Shown in pieces: positions 1-9,795 of a stretch of DNA of 64,000 nucleotides (the stretch's first letter is position 1; every line of letters starts with the position of its first letter). The stretch is from Vicinamibacterales bacterium (lineage in GTDB: Bacteria; Acidobacteriota; Vicinamibacteria; Vicinamibacterales; CAVVIG01): NCBI GenBank assembly GCA_050183995.1, contig JBFXAT010000015.1:7415-71414 (forward strand). Reading direction: 5' to 3'. The position numbers and the translations under genes are program-made. The notes under the pieces are model-generated. The model made no database searches. It was not told the origin of the DNA and saw only the letters and a program-made list of their open reading frames with translations.

Positions 1-353
1 ACAGCCTGCGCGGGATGGCGACCACGACCGATGCGGTGACCGCCGACAGCCGGCTTGGCTCGCTCGTATCCTCGCTCGTCGAGGCGCTGGATTTCGTGCT
101 GCTGACGCTGATCGACGCGATGAAGAGCGGCGATCGCGATCAGATAGAGCTGCTCGCGAACCTCACCGAAGACCGAGGTCCGCTCATGGAGAAGATCCGG
201 CAACGATACCTGGAGGACGCCGGCATGAATCCGGCCGACCGCGGCGTCCTGCTGCAGGTGACGAGCGTCTTCGAGCGGGTCGTCTGGATGGCTCAGCGGC
301 TCGCACGGCTGCTCGATCGCAACTCGAGGCCGAGCCTGGCCGCGGCGCTCTGA
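1..353 (+). CDS. Partial CDS (3' end, continues upstream of the window). PhoU-like helical C-terminal region of the kind found at the end of Na/Pi-cotransporter family proteins.
   Basis: The frame is open from the window edge to TGA at 351-353, with GC-rich third positions. The helical text LIDAMKSGDRDQIELL...VFERVVWMAQRLARLL resembles PhoU-like tails. The family call is from memory and was not searched. Confidence 0.4.
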   Translation, partial: SLRGMATTTDAVTADSRLGSLVSSLVEALDFVLLTLIDAMKSGDRDQIELLANLTEDRGPLMEKIRQRYLEDAGMNPADRGVLLQVTSVFERVVWMAQRLARLLDRNSRPSLAAAL

Positions 354-465
354 CACGGGCGTTCGTTCTCGAACAGGCGCCGTTCATCGCCCCGCGGGCG
401 GCCCGGTTACGGCGGCGTTGGCCGGTCCGTGTGCCGTCGGCCTCGGGCGGGACTCCCCGCGCGGC

Positions 466-1548
466 TCAGTCGGCGACCGGCGCCGGTTGGAGCGTCCGTT
501 CGAAAAACGACCAGACCCGCGTCCAGGAGTCGACCTGCTCCGCCGTTCCCTCCGGTTCGAGGGTGACCGGCGACACCTGCCGGTCGAACAGGTGACCTCC
601 GACGGGATCGTCGTAGACCTTGACGTCTGCGAGCTCCGGCTGTCTCGCACGCAGCGCGTCGACCAGCTGTCGCGCTTCGTCGAAGTTGACGTCCTCGTCG
701 TTCCGCGCCACGTGCACCAGGAGTGGGATCCGCAGCTCGTCCACATGGAAGAGCGGTGAGCGTTCCCGGTACGCCTCCGGGTGCTCCCATGGCGATCCCC
801 CGAAACGGTTGTGCGGATCGATGAGTCGGCGCTGCTGCTGGACGCCCTTGCGCGCCAGGCGATGGAAGAGGTTGGTCACCGGGGCGATGGCCACGGCACT
901 GCGAAACGCGGTCGGCTGCCGGAAGATCGACAGCAGCGTGATCATGCCGCCGTGGCTCCATCCGATGATGCCGATGCGCGCGGGGTCGACCGCCGGGTAC
1001 CGCATCTCCAGCACGCTCGCCGCCGTCACCACGTCGTCGACCTCGGCGCCGCCGTAGTCGATCGCGTCGTAGAAGGCGCGGCCGTATCCGATGCTGCCGC
1101 GGTATTCCGGCGCGATGACGATGTAGCCGCGGCCGACCGCCTCGCGCACGAACGGAATGTAGTGCTCGTAGAGATGCCCGCGAATGTTCTCGTGGACCCA
1201 CACGAGCGCGGGATGCTGGCGGTCGCCCGCGGTGGTCAGCGGCTGGAAGACGAAGGCCGGGACGTCGAGATCGCCTCGCGTGCTGCGGTAGGTGATCTTC
1301 TCCATCCGCATCACGCCTTCGCTGGCCTCGCGCCAGGCGCGATCCGTCTCGTCCTGCTCGCGCGCGAGGCGCGCGAAGTCCGGCCGTCCTGCGGCGTCGA
1401 CCAGCGCGCCGGCGCGAACCCGCGGTCCGCGCGGCCGCCCCGTGTCGCGCGCCTGCTGTCCCTCGGACAGCCCGGCGCACAGCATCACGACGACGGCCAG
1501 TGTGGCGCCAGCCGCGACGTGCCGGCGCGCTTCTATACGCGGGAGCAT
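466..1548 (-). CDS. S9 (prolyl oligopeptidase family) serine peptidase / alpha-beta hydrolase with N-terminal signal or anchor
   Basis: 360 aa with nucleophile elbow GWSHGG. The later NDEDV and DDPVGGH segments fit a Ser-Asp-His triad. The N-terminus is hydrophobic (AGATLAVVVMLCAG). Confidence 0.85.
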   Translation of the reverse strand: MLPRIEARRHVAAGATLAVVVMLCAGLSEGQQARDTGRPRGPRVRAGALVDAAGRPDFARLAREQDETDRAWREASEGVMRMEKITYRSTRGDLDVPAFVFQPLTTAGDRQHPALVWVHENIRGHLYEHYIPFVREAVGRGYIVIAPEYRGSIGYGRAFYDAIDYGGAEVDDVVTAASVLEMRYPAVDPARIGIIGWSHGGMITLLSIFRQPTAFRSAVAIAPVTNLFHRLARKGVQQQRRLIDPHNRFGGSPWEHPEAYRERSPLFHVDELRIPLLVHVARNDEDVNFDEARQLVDALRARQPELADVKVYDDPVGGHLFDRQVSPVTLEPEGTAEQVDSWTRVWSFFERTLQPAPVAD

Positions 1549-1590
1549 CCTCCCATCATAGCGGGAGGTGAAGGGCGCGGGAACCGCGCG

Positions 1591-1956
1591 TCACGCGTGC
1601 GCGGTTGGTTTAGCTGAACCGGAGGCGCGCGCGTGCGCACGTGCCAGCCACGCAAAGAGCTGCGCCGCAGCTTCCTCGGGAGTGCTGCCGTAGAAGGGCA
1701 TCAACGCCGTTGGCACCCCCGGGAGCCTGACGATATACGCCCGCCAGCGGTGCTCGTCGACGACCTTGACCTCGACGACGTACGACCGCCCGCCGATATT
1801 CTCGTGAAATCGAAGCGCAGTACTCACAATAGGATGACCGGGCGCGTGAACATGTCGGGGGACGCCACGCATTGTTACGTCCCTGATACACGCGATCAAG
1901 CGAAGCGCCGTACGAAACGCGCGTCCACAGTCACCATCGGCGAGAAGCTTCGGCAC
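1591..1956 (-). CDS. Hypothetical small protein (start uncertain; internal Met at 1872 is possible)
   Basis: 121-aa ORF directly upstream of and co-oriented with the S9 peptidase gene. Codon bias looks coding from about MRGVPRH onward. I recognise no motif. Confidence 0.4.
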   Translation of the reverse strand: MPKLLADGDCGRAFRTALRLIACIRDVTMRGVPRHVHAPGHPIVSTALRFHENIGGRSYVVEVKVVDEHRWRAYIVRLPGVPTALMPFYGSTPEEAAAQLFAWLARAHARASGSAKPTAHA

Positions 1957-2069
1957 GGGCCCACGAATTTATTTCCGCCGACAGTGCATCCACAGCTTTT
2001 GCACGTTTCATCCACAGCTTTTCAACAGCTTGACGCTGTCCGGAGTCGGCACGTAGGCTTGGGTGGTTC

Positions 2070-3497
2070 ATGAAGTCCCATCGGTTGGCGGGCGTCGCAC
2101 TCTGTTGCCTGTTGACCGCGGTTGGCGCCGGCGCTCCACGATCAGCCTGGGCCTCTCCCGCAGCTGACGATGCTCCCGGTGATGGTGCGCCGCTCTTCCG
2201 CGTGTTCCTCAAGGACGGCGCCACGCTCGTGAGTTACGGTGAGCTGGCGCGTGTGGACGACCGGGTCGTCTTCTCGATGCCGACATCTGCGTCGGCGGCC
2301 GCGCCTCAGCTCCAGCTGGTCAATATTCCCGCGGACCGCGTCGACTGGGATCGCACCTTGCGCTATGCCGAGTCCGCGCGTGCGTCCCGGTACATCGCGA
2401 CGCGCGCCGAGCGGGACTACGCGCAACTCACCGCCGAGATCGGCGATGCCTTGAACGAAGTCGGCTCGGCTGACAGTCCGTCTCGCCGGCTCGCCCTCGC
2501 GGAGCGCGCTCGGAAGGCCCTGGCCGAATGGCCGGCCGGACACTACAACTACAAGCACGACGACGTGCAGCAGATGCTCGGCATCCTCGACGAGGCGATC
2601 GCCGATCTTCGGGCGGCGGCCGGCGCCAGCTCGTTCGATCTGAGCCTGGTCGCCACGCCGGCGTCACCTCCGCCACCCGAGCCGCTCCTGCCGCCTCCGT
2701 CCGCCAGGGAAGCGATCGAGCAGACGCTGCTCGCGGCCCGGCTCACGGATGCACCCGCCGAGCGCATGTCGCTGCTGACGGTGGTGTCGGCGGCGCTCGA
2801 CAGCCAGGCCGAGGTCCTGCCGGCGGAGTGGGCGACCGCCACCCGCGTCGCGGTCCGCGAGCAGATCGCGCACGAAATCGAGGTCGATCGCCAGGCCCGA
2901 GCGGTGAGCGACCGTCTCCTGCGCCTCGCGACCGCGCGAGCGCGGCTGGCGAACGTACGCGGCGTGCAACGCGTGCTCGCGCAAGTGCCCGGAGCCACCG
3001 CCGCGATCGCGGACGAACGGCCGGACACGGTGCGGTCGATCGCTGCGGCCGTCGAGCAGCAGCTGGACTTCGCGCGCCGCCTGCGCCTCGAGCGCGACCG
3101 TTGGGCGCTGCGCGCCCCGAAGCTCCGGGCGTATCGCCAGTCCATCGCCCTGCCGCTCGTTCGCATGCAGCGCATCACGCCACTGCTCGAGGACATCAAG
3201 ACGCTCGCCGGCTCCGGCCCGGACGCGATCGGCGCCATTCTTCGCGGCGCGTCGCAGATTCTCACGAGGCTCTCGGCCGTCCAGCCTCCGGCGGAGCTCG
3301 GCGAGGCGCACGCCCTGCTGATCAGCGCCGCCCAGCTTGCAGAGCAGGCGGCGAAGGTGCGGCGCGAAGCTGCGATCAACGGAAGCATGACGCGCGCGTG
3401 GGACGCTTCGTCGGCGGCCGCTGGTGCCCTGATGCTCGCGTCGAGAGCTGTGAACGCCATCCAGGCCGCGTTGAAAGTGCCGCAGACGGTCCAGTGA
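2070..3497 (+). CDS. Hypothetical secreted, mostly alpha-helical protein
   Basis: 475 aa with a signal-peptide-like N-terminus (MKSHRLAGVALCCLLTAVGAGAPRSAWA). The long Ala/Leu/Arg-rich helical body has coding-like GC3. Its stop overlaps the GTG start of the next gene (GTGA at 3494-3497). Confidence 0.7.
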   Translation: MKSHRLAGVALCCLLTAVGAGAPRSAWASPAADDAPGDGAPLFRVFLKDGATLVSYGELARVDDRVVFSMPTSASAAAPQLQLVNIPADRVDWDRTLRYAESARASRYIATRAERDYAQLTAEIGDALNEVGSADSPSRRLALAERARKALAEWPAGHYNYKHDDVQQMLGILDEAIADLRAAAGASSFDLSLVATPASPPPPEPLLPPPSAREAIEQTLLAARLTDAPAERMSLLTVVSAALDSQAEVLPAEWATATRVAVREQIAHEIEVDRQARAVSDRLLRLATARARLANVRGVQRVLAQVPGATAAIADERPDTVRSIAAAVEQQLDFARRLRLERDRWALRAPKLRAYRQSIALPLVRMQRITPLLEDIKTLAGSGPDAIGAILRGASQILTRLSAVQPPAELGEAHALLISAAQLAEQAAKVRREAAINGSMTRAWDASSAAAGALMLASRAVNAIQAALKVPQTVQ

Positions 3498-6448
3498 TTA
3501 CTGCCCGCCGCACCCGGCTCGTGCGGCTGTCCGATCTCCACGGCTATCGCGACGCGATTGCCGCGCTCTGCGCGTCGGCGGGTGCCTCGGCCGGCGGACG
3601 GCTGGTCGTCGTGCCCACGCGGCGCGCGGCGACGCTGCTCGCCCGCACCCTCTCCGAGCGATCCGTCCCGTCCGAAAGCTGGATCCTGGTCACACGCGAC
3701 GAGCTCTACGACGCCCTTCACGCGCGCCTCGCCAGTCCACCCAGGCGCTTGACGATGCTGGAGCGGGAAGCGATGGCGCAGGTCGCGGCTCGCGACGCCG
3801 CGACCCAGACCGGTGAGCTTCCGTTCCAGATCAGGCCCGGGTTGGTTGCCGAGCTGCTGCGGTTCTACGATCAGCTGCGGCGTCAGTCGCAGCTGGTCCG
3901 CCGGTTCGAGGAGCTGATTGTCGACGCGCTCGGCGGAGAGATTGACTCGGCCGATCGCGGCGCCGATCGTCTCATCCGGCAGACGCGTTTTCTCGCCCGC
4001 GCCTTCCAGCTCTACGAGGAGCGCGCTCAACAGAGCGGGGCTGTCGACGAACATCTCTTGCGGGATGTGCTTCTTTCGTCCGCCGATGCTCGCCCGATCG
4101 AACACGTCGTGGTCACCGTGGCCGACTGGATCGCGGATCCCTCCGGCCTCACGGTTGCCGATTTCAACCTGTTGAACCGCCTCCCATACCTGGAGGCCAT
4201 CGACATCGTCGCGACGGAAGCCATCCTCGGGTCGGGCTTTCACGAGCGGATTCACACGTGGCTCCCGGAAATCGAGGAAGCGACCGAGGGCGATCTGTTC
4301 CCCGTCCGGCCGCGCAAGAGGCCGGTGCTCGTCCGACCTGTGCCGACCCAGGAGTCACAGCCTCTCTGGTTCACCCGTCGCGATCGAGAGGAGGAACTGC
4401 TGTCGGTGGCGCGCAGACTGACGTCGGCTCCGCGTGCCGCGCTCGAGCGCGCGGGGGTCGTCTTCAAGCGTCCGTTGCCCTACTTGTATCTCGCCGCCGA
4501 TACGCTCGGCGCCGCCGGACTGCCTTACGCGGCTGGCGACGCGCTTCCGCTCGCCGCGGAGCCCGCTGTCGCGCCGGTCGATCTCGTGCTCGACACGCTC
4601 GAAACCGGCTTCGCTCGCGATGCGCTCATCGCGCTGATGCGGTCACCCTACCTCGGGATTGCGGGGGAGGTGGCTCGAGAGTCCGTCGAGGCGCTCGACC
4701 ACGCCTTGAGCGACGCCCGCTATCTCGGCGATCCGGATCGGCTGCACGCACTCGAGGCTCAGTGGAGCGCCGTCGATGTGGCCGAAGTTCGGCGCGAGCG
4801 GACCGTGCAGGTGGCCGCCCTCCCCGCGTTGCGCGCAGCGCTGGACCTGACGGCCGAGCTCGCATCGCTGCGTGCGCCCCGGAAGGCGTCGGAGCACTTG
4901 CGTGAGCTGGCCGGCATCCTGGAGGCGCGGTTCGACGGCCGGTCCGAGACCCTGCCGCTCGAGGAACCGTCCTCCCGTGCGTTCACCGCGCTGCTTCGCC
5001 TGCTTCGGTCGGCCGCTGACGCACACCAGCTGCACCACGATCCCGTCTGGGAGGCCGCGGACCTGGCGGCGAGCGTCCGCAGGTGGATCGGCGACGAGAC
5101 CTTCGCCCGCGAGGCGGTCGACGCCGGCATCCAGCTGCTCGACGATCAGGCGGCCCGCTACGGCGAGTTCGACGATCTCACGATCGTGGGACTCGTCGAG
5201 AGCGAATGGCCGGAGCGGTCGCGGCGCACGATCTTCTATCAGCCGAGGCTGCTGAAGGCGCTGAACTGGCCGTCCGAGAAGGATCGCCACGCGGCAGCCG
5301 AAGCGCGCTTCCTCGACCTCATCGCGTCGTCGACCGGGCGCGTGGAGCTCTCGACCTTTCTCCTGGACGACGAAGCCGTCGTGTCCCGCTCGATCCTGCT
5401 CGACGAAGTACCGCGTGCGAAACTGTCGACCGACACAGCCGCCGACGATCGGCCCAGCGACCCGGCGGTGCTCGTCGGAGACGAGGCGCTGGCGCTTGGG
5501 CGTGAAGCTGCCGTCAGTGGCGTCGACGGGGAACGTCCCTGGCTGTCGATACGCACCTCCCGGACTTCCGTCGACTCTTCCAGCTTCCACGGCGACGTGG
5601 GGAATCAGCCGACCCGCACCTGGTCGGTCAGCGCGCTCGAGACCTACCTGACCTGTCCGTTCAAGTTCTTCGCCCAGCACGTGCTGCGCCTCGAGGAGGA
5701 GCCCGACGACGAGGAGGTCATGAGCCCCCTTCGGCAGGGACAGTTCGTGCACGAGGTCTTCGAGAGCTTCTTCAAGTCCTGGCAGCAGGCCGGTCGCCGC
5801 GAGATCTCACCGGCCACGCTCGACGATGCGCGCACGCTGTTCGCGTCGGTCGTCGATCGCATGCTCGAACGGCTGCCCGAAGGGGAAGCGGCGCTCGAGC
5901 GCACCCGGCTGCTCGGCTCTCCTGCCGCCGCAGGCCTCGGCGAGGCGGTGTTCCGGATGGAGGCCGAACGGCCGATTCCGGTCGTCGGGCGGCTGATCGA
6001 GCACTCGTTGAGCGGCATGTTCACCTTCGACACCGACGCGGGGCCGCGGCTGCTGGCGCTGCGAGGGAAGGCGGACAGGCTCGACCTCCTCGAAGACGGC
6101 ACGTTCCGCCTGATCGACTACAAGCTCGGATGGCCTCCAGACAGGAACCGCGCGCTGCAGCTGCCGATCTACGCCGTCTGCGCCGAGCAGCGCCTCGACG
6201 CGCTGAACAGGCGATGGCGCGTCGGGGAAGCGATGTACATCGCGTTCAAAGGGCCCAAACGCGTCGTGCCGCTCTTCAGCGGGAGCGAGGGTCGAGACGA
6301 GACGCTCGGGCGCGCCCAGCAGCGCCTCGTCGACACAATCGACGCGATCGAACGCGGCGAGTTCCCCCCGTCTCCAGACGACGTGTTCAGGTGCGAGATG
6401 TGCAGCTACCAGTCGGTGTGCCGGAAGGACTATGTCGGAGACGTTTGA
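3494..6448 (+). CDS. AddB-like helicase-nuclease subunit: PD-(D/E)XK (RecB-family) nuclease with a Cys cluster
   Basis: 984 aa from GTG 3494, in frame with the listed ORF 2528..6448. The C-terminus carries CPFKFF ... IDYK ... CEMCSYQSVC, i.e. C...CxxCx5C flanking a D/EXK-type nuclease core, as in AddB. There is no Walker A motif. It overlaps the following helicase gene by 17 nt. Confidence 0.85.
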   Translation: MITARRTRLVRLSDLHGYRDAIAALCASAGASAGGRLVVVPTRRAATLLARTLSERSVPSESWILVTRDELYDALHARLASPPRRLTMLEREAMAQVAARDAATQTGELPFQIRPGLVAELLRFYDQLRRQSQLVRRFEELIVDALGGEIDSADRGADRLIRQTRFLARAFQLYEERAQQSGAVDEHLLRDVLLSSADARPIEHVVVTVADWIADPSGLTVADFNLLNRLPYLEAIDIVATEAILGSGFHERIHTWLPEIEEATEGDLFPVRPRKRPVLVRPVPTQESQPLWFTRRDREEELLSVARRLTSAPRAALERAGVVFKRPLPYLYLAADTLGAAGLPYAAGDALPLAAEPAVAPVDLVLDTLETGFARDALIALMRSPYLGIAGEVARESVEALDHALSDARYLGDPDRLHALEAQWSAVDVAEVRRERTVQVAALPALRAALDLTAELASLRAPRKASEHLRELAGILEARFDGRSETLPLEEPSSRAFTALLRLLRSAADAHQLHHDPVWEAADLAASVRRWIGDETFAREAVDAGIQLLDDQAARYGEFDDLTIVGLVESEWPERSRRTIFYQPRLLKALNWPSEKDRHAAAEARFLDLIASSTGRVELSTFLLDDEAVVSRSILLDEVPRAKLSTDTAADDRPSDPAVLVGDEALALGREAAVSGVDGERPWLSIRTSRTSVDSSSFHGDVGNQPTRTWSVSALETYLTCPFKFFAQHVLRLEEEPDDEEVMSPLRQGQFVHEVFESFFKSWQQAGRREISPATLDDARTLFASVVDRMLERLPEGEAALERTRLLGSPAAAGLGEAVFRMEAERPIPVVGRLIEHSLSGMFTFDTDAGPRLLALRGKADRLDLLEDGTFRLIDYKLGWPPDRNRALQLPIYAVCAEQRLDALNRRWRVGEAMYIAFKGPKRVVPLFSGSEGRDETLGRAQQRLVDTIDAIERGEFPPSPDDVFRCEMCSYQSVCRKDYVGDV

Positions 6449-9191
6449 CGCATCGGCACGGCGGCACGCGGTCGACCCGTCGCGCAACGTGGTGCTCGAA
6501 GCATCGGCCGGCACCGGCAAGACGAGGGTGCTCGTCGAGCGGTACGTGAACCTGCTGAAAGCAGGGGTCGATCCCGAACACATCCTCGCCGTGACGTTCA
6601 CCCGCAAGGCTGCCGCCGAGATGCGCGAGCGCATCGTCGATCGGCTGCGGGAGGCGGCACGGCTGTCCGAGCTCGATCCCGCCCGCTGGCGCGAGGTGAA
6701 GGAGCGGCTCGGCGAGATCGCGGTATCCACGATCGACGCCTTCTGTCTGTCCCTGCTGCGCGAGTTCCCGCTCGAGGCCGACGTCGATCCGGCGTTCGAC
6801 CTCGCCGACGACGCCGAGGTGCCTCGCCTGATCGAGGAGTCGCTCGATCAGGCGCTGCGGATCTGCCGCGGCATCGCCCGCAACGACGACGATGTCGCGC
6901 TCGTGTTTGCACAGCTCGGCGAACGGCGGCTGCGGCAGGGCCTGGCGGCGCTGCTCGACCGGCGGCTGGTCGCACCGGAAGCGCTCAGGCGCTATCTCAC
7001 GCTCGGTCCACGGGACCTGACCGCGGCGTCCCTGTGTCGCACCGCCGCCGAACGCTTCCGCGACACGTTGCTCCTCGTGACCGGCGGTGTGGCGGCCTTC
7101 CTCGACGACGGACCCGTCCGCGACGCCGGCTTCGCGATGCTGGCCGCGGACGCGAGGGCGTTGTGCACGGGCGCTCCGCTGGCGTTTCCGAGCCGGCAGG
7201 AGCAGGCGCAGTTCAGAGTGCTCGCCGACCGGCTGCGCGCGTATTTCCTCAAGGCTGATGGGGAGCCGCGCGGCGACCGGTTCGCCGGCACGGGATTCAC
7301 GGCGCGGGATTGCGATTCCGAGGCCGCGTGGAAGCGGCACCGTGCGGCTGCGGCGGCGATCGCGCCGGCGATCGCGGAAACCGTGCGCGCCTTCCGCCGC
7401 GACTTGAACGTGATGATGTCGAGAGGAGTCTGGCGCGTGTTCGCCGTCGCGCTCTCGACGTATCAGCGGACGCTCGAGAACCGCGCCCTCCTCGACTTCG
7501 CGGGTGTTCTCGAACGGGCCGTCGGGCTGCTCCAGGACATGGACGAGTTCGCGCAGAGCCGGTTCCGCCTGGAATCGCGGTACCGTCATGTGCTCGTCGA
7601 CGAGTTCCAGGACACCAGCCGTGCTCAGTGGCAGCTCGTCTCCCAGCTCGTACGCAACTGGGGAGAGGGATTCGGCGCCGCCGCCGATGCCCTTGCGCCC
7701 TCGATCTTCATCGTGGGCGATCGCAAGCAGTCGATCTATGGATTCCGTGACGCGGATGTCTCCGTGTTGGACGATGCGGTGGGCTTCGTTGCGGCGCTCC
7801 GGCCGGATGTGGATCCGAGGCAGGCGATCTCGGTCAGCTTTCGGGCGGCGCCGGACCTCCTGGCATTCGTCAACGACGTGTTCGCCGCCGTCGAGAAGGT
7901 TCCCGAGCGAGCGGATCGATTCCGGTACGACGCGCACGATCACTTTCCGGTCGATCCTGGCGAGCCGTCGCGCGGGGCTGGCGGAGATGGGGATGCCGGC
8001 ATGCCGGACGAAGCGGCGGCGGACGCCCGGCGCATCGGCCTCCTCGTCGGAGAGTCGTCCACCGCGGCGGCTGTTGCGGTCGCGTCCGAGATTGCGGGGC
8101 TGATCGGCCGCGTGAGCGTTCGCGATCGCCTGAGTGGGACGCCGCGTCCGGCGCGCGCGTCGGATATCGCGGTGCTCTTTCGATCGCGCGACGCACACCG
8201 CGAGTACGAGCGTGCGATCGAGCGGCACGGCGTGGCGACGTATGTGTACAAAGGTCTCGGCTTCTTCGAAGCCGACGAGATTCAGGACGCCGTCGCGCTG
8301 CTTCGGTATCTGGCGAACCCTCTCTCGGACCTGCGTGCGGCCGCGTTTCTCCGCTCGCGCGTCGTCCGGTTGTCGGATCCCGCGCTGTGTGCGCTGGCGC
8401 CGCGCCTGGCCGACGCGTTGCTGAATCCGGCCCTGCCGCCTGGCGCCGAACGACTCGGGGACGAAGACCGCCGCGTGCTCCACCTGGTTCGTGAGTCGGT
8501 GCCGCGGTGGCTGTCGTGGGTCGATCGTGTGCCGCCCGCCGACCTGCTGTCGCGGGTCGTGCGCGAGACCGCCTATCTCCACGAGCTTCGCGGATCGCGC
8601 TACAGGCAGGCGCGCGAGAACCTCAAGAAGCTGCGCGCGATGGTCCGGCGGTTTCAGAACCGCGGATACGCCACGCTGGCGCGGCTCGCCGACCATGTCG
8701 ATCGGCTCGCCGTCGGCGACGAATCGAATGCGGCAATCGATGCGCAGGATGCCGTCAGTCTGATGACCGTCCATGCGTCGAAGGGGCTCGAGTTCCCGAT
8801 CGTCTTCGTCGTGAACATGGGACGGGGGACGGGCACGGCGCGCGCGCCGATTCGCATCGCGGCGAACGCCGCGGGATCGCCGTCGGTGGCGATTGCCGAC
8901 TATCAGTCGGAGGCGGATCAGGACAGCGTGGCACGCGAAAAGGAAGAGACCAAGCGACTTCTTTACGTGGCGCTGACGCGTGCGCGCGACCGGCTCTATC
9001 TCTCCGGCGCCGTGGCTCGAGGTGCGTTCCGCGCCACGCGGGGCAGCCTCGCGGAAGTGCTGCCGGAGGGGCTCCGCGCGGCGTTCGTCGGCGCGGCCGT
9101 CGACCCGTCCGGCGCTGCGTGGACCGGTCCGTCGGGGCGGATTCACCCTCTGAACGGGACGGTTCACGCGCACGCTGCGCCGATCGGCTGA
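6432..9191 (+). CDS. UvrD/Rep/AddA-family ATP-dependent DNA helicase (no C-terminal nuclease domain)
   Basis: 919 aa. Walker A is EASAGTGKTRVL, followed by TFTRKAAAEMRERI, DEFQDTS, FIVGDRKQSIYGFR, VHASKGLEF and the motif VI-like LLYVALTRARDRLYLS. The protein ends about 70 aa after motif VI. Confidence 0.9.
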   Translation: MSETFDASARRHAVDPSRNVVLEASAGTGKTRVLVERYVNLLKAGVDPEHILAVTFTRKAAAEMRERIVDRLREAARLSELDPARWREVKERLGEIAVSTIDAFCLSLLREFPLEADVDPAFDLADDAEVPRLIEESLDQALRICRGIARNDDDVALVFAQLGERRLRQGLAALLDRRLVAPEALRRYLTLGPRDLTAASLCRTAAERFRDTLLLVTGGVAAFLDDGPVRDAGFAMLAADARALCTGAPLAFPSRQEQAQFRVLADRLRAYFLKADGEPRGDRFAGTGFTARDCDSEAAWKRHRAAAAAIAPAIAETVRAFRRDLNVMMSRGVWRVFAVALSTYQRTLENRALLDFAGVLERAVGLLQDMDEFAQSRFRLESRYRHVLVDEFQDTSRAQWQLVSQLVRNWGEGFGAAADALAPSIFIVGDRKQSIYGFRDADVSVLDDAVGFVAALRPDVDPRQAISVSFRAAPDLLAFVNDVFAAVEKVPERADRFRYDAHDHFPVDPGEPSRGAGGDGDAGMPDEAAADARRIGLLVGESSTAAAVAVASEIAGLIGRVSVRDRLSGTPRPARASDIAVLFRSRDAHREYERAIERHGVATYVYKGLGFFEADEIQDAVALLRYLANPLSDLRAAAFLRSRVVRLSDPALCALAPRLADALLNPALPPGAERLGDEDRRVLHLVRESVPRWLSWVDRVPPADLLSRVVRETAYLHELRGSRYRQARENLKKLRAMVRRFQNRGYATLARLADHVDRLAVGDESNAAIDAQDAVSLMTVHASKGLEFPIVFVVNMGRGTGTARAPIRIAANAAGSPSVAIADYQSEADQDSVAREKEETKRLLYVALTRARDRLYLSGAVARGAFRATRGSLAEVLPEGLRAAFVGAAVDPSGAAWTGPSGRIHPLNGTVHAHAAPIG

Positions 9192-9307
9192 GCGTGGCTG
9201 CACGCGTACGCGCCGTTTTCGGCCCGTTTTTCATTGCGCCCGCCGCGAGCGATTACATAGAATCAGGCTTTACCGCAGCCCTTCCGGGGGCGAAAGGGGA
9301 ACGGTTC

Positions 9308-9529
9308 GTGACGTTGACTTGTCCAAATTGCGGCAACGACCGGAACTTTCAGGTCAAGACGCTGCAGATGCACGTGGTTCATCTGGAAGACAACCGCGTG
9401 GAAGTATCGGAAGAGAGCCGGCCGGCGGTGCTCGAGGTTCTGTGCGACGAGTGCGAGTCGGCGCTCAATTTCGAGGAGTTCGAGGATACCCTCCGCAAGG
9501 AAGTCCTGCTCACGATTGGCGCGCGCTGA
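9308..9529 (+). CDS. Small zinc-ribbon protein (hypothetical)
   Basis: 73 aa from GTG 9308, with CPNC ... CDEC (two CxxC pairs about 40 residues apart) and an acidic C-terminus. It is the tail of the listed ORF 8507..9529, whose upstream part overlaps the helicase gene and is rejected. Confidence 0.5.
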   Translation: MTLTCPNCGNDRNFQVKTLQMHVVHLEDNRVEVSEESRPAVLEVLCDECESALNFEEFEDTLRKEVLLTIGAR

Positions 9530-9545
9530 CGCTCGCGCCGGTCTT

Positions 9546-9713
9546 TCACGTGTTCTCCCCGTCGACCTCCTCGAAGTAGTCGCAATCCGGGCAGACCCAT
9601 TCCAGGGTCGTTGAAGGCGCGGCACCGGCGTACCCCGGAATGTGGGGCGCCGTGGTGGTCTGTCTGATCTGCATGGTTCCGCCGCAGAGCGGGCACTCGC
9701 GCGTGTCAGGCAT
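9546..9713 (-). CDS. Small zinc-ribbon protein (hypothetical)
   Basis: 55 aa from the internal ATG at 9713 (MPDTRECPLCGG...WVCPDCDYFEEVD), with two CxxC pairs. It is convergent with the previous zinc-ribbon ORF across a 16-bp gap. Confidence 0.5.
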   Translation of the reverse strand: MPDTRECPLCGGTMQIRQTTTAPHIPGYAGAAPSTTLEWVCPDCDYFEEVDGENT

Positions 9714-9795
9714 GCATGATGAGGCCTTGGGCTCGACGGTAGCACCGCCTCGCCGTCTTGACAAGGCTGTGACCCACTCCTATCGTTAGCGAGTC

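Noticed and set aside
2528-3493. N-terminal 322 codons of the listed 1306-aa ORF 2528..6448
   Set aside because: This part overlaps the well-formed 2070..3497 gene in another frame and is Arg/Ala/Gly-rich with no motifs. The AddB-like text begins exactly at GTG 3494, which overlaps the upstream stop. It is an out-of-frame ORF on the same strand, typical of GC-rich DNA.
6387-9203. 938-aa minus-strand ORF antisense to the helicase gene
   Set aside because: The composition is extremely Arg-rich and low-complexity with no motifs, and it lies exactly opposite a gene with all the UvrD helicase motifs. It is an antisense shadow ORF.
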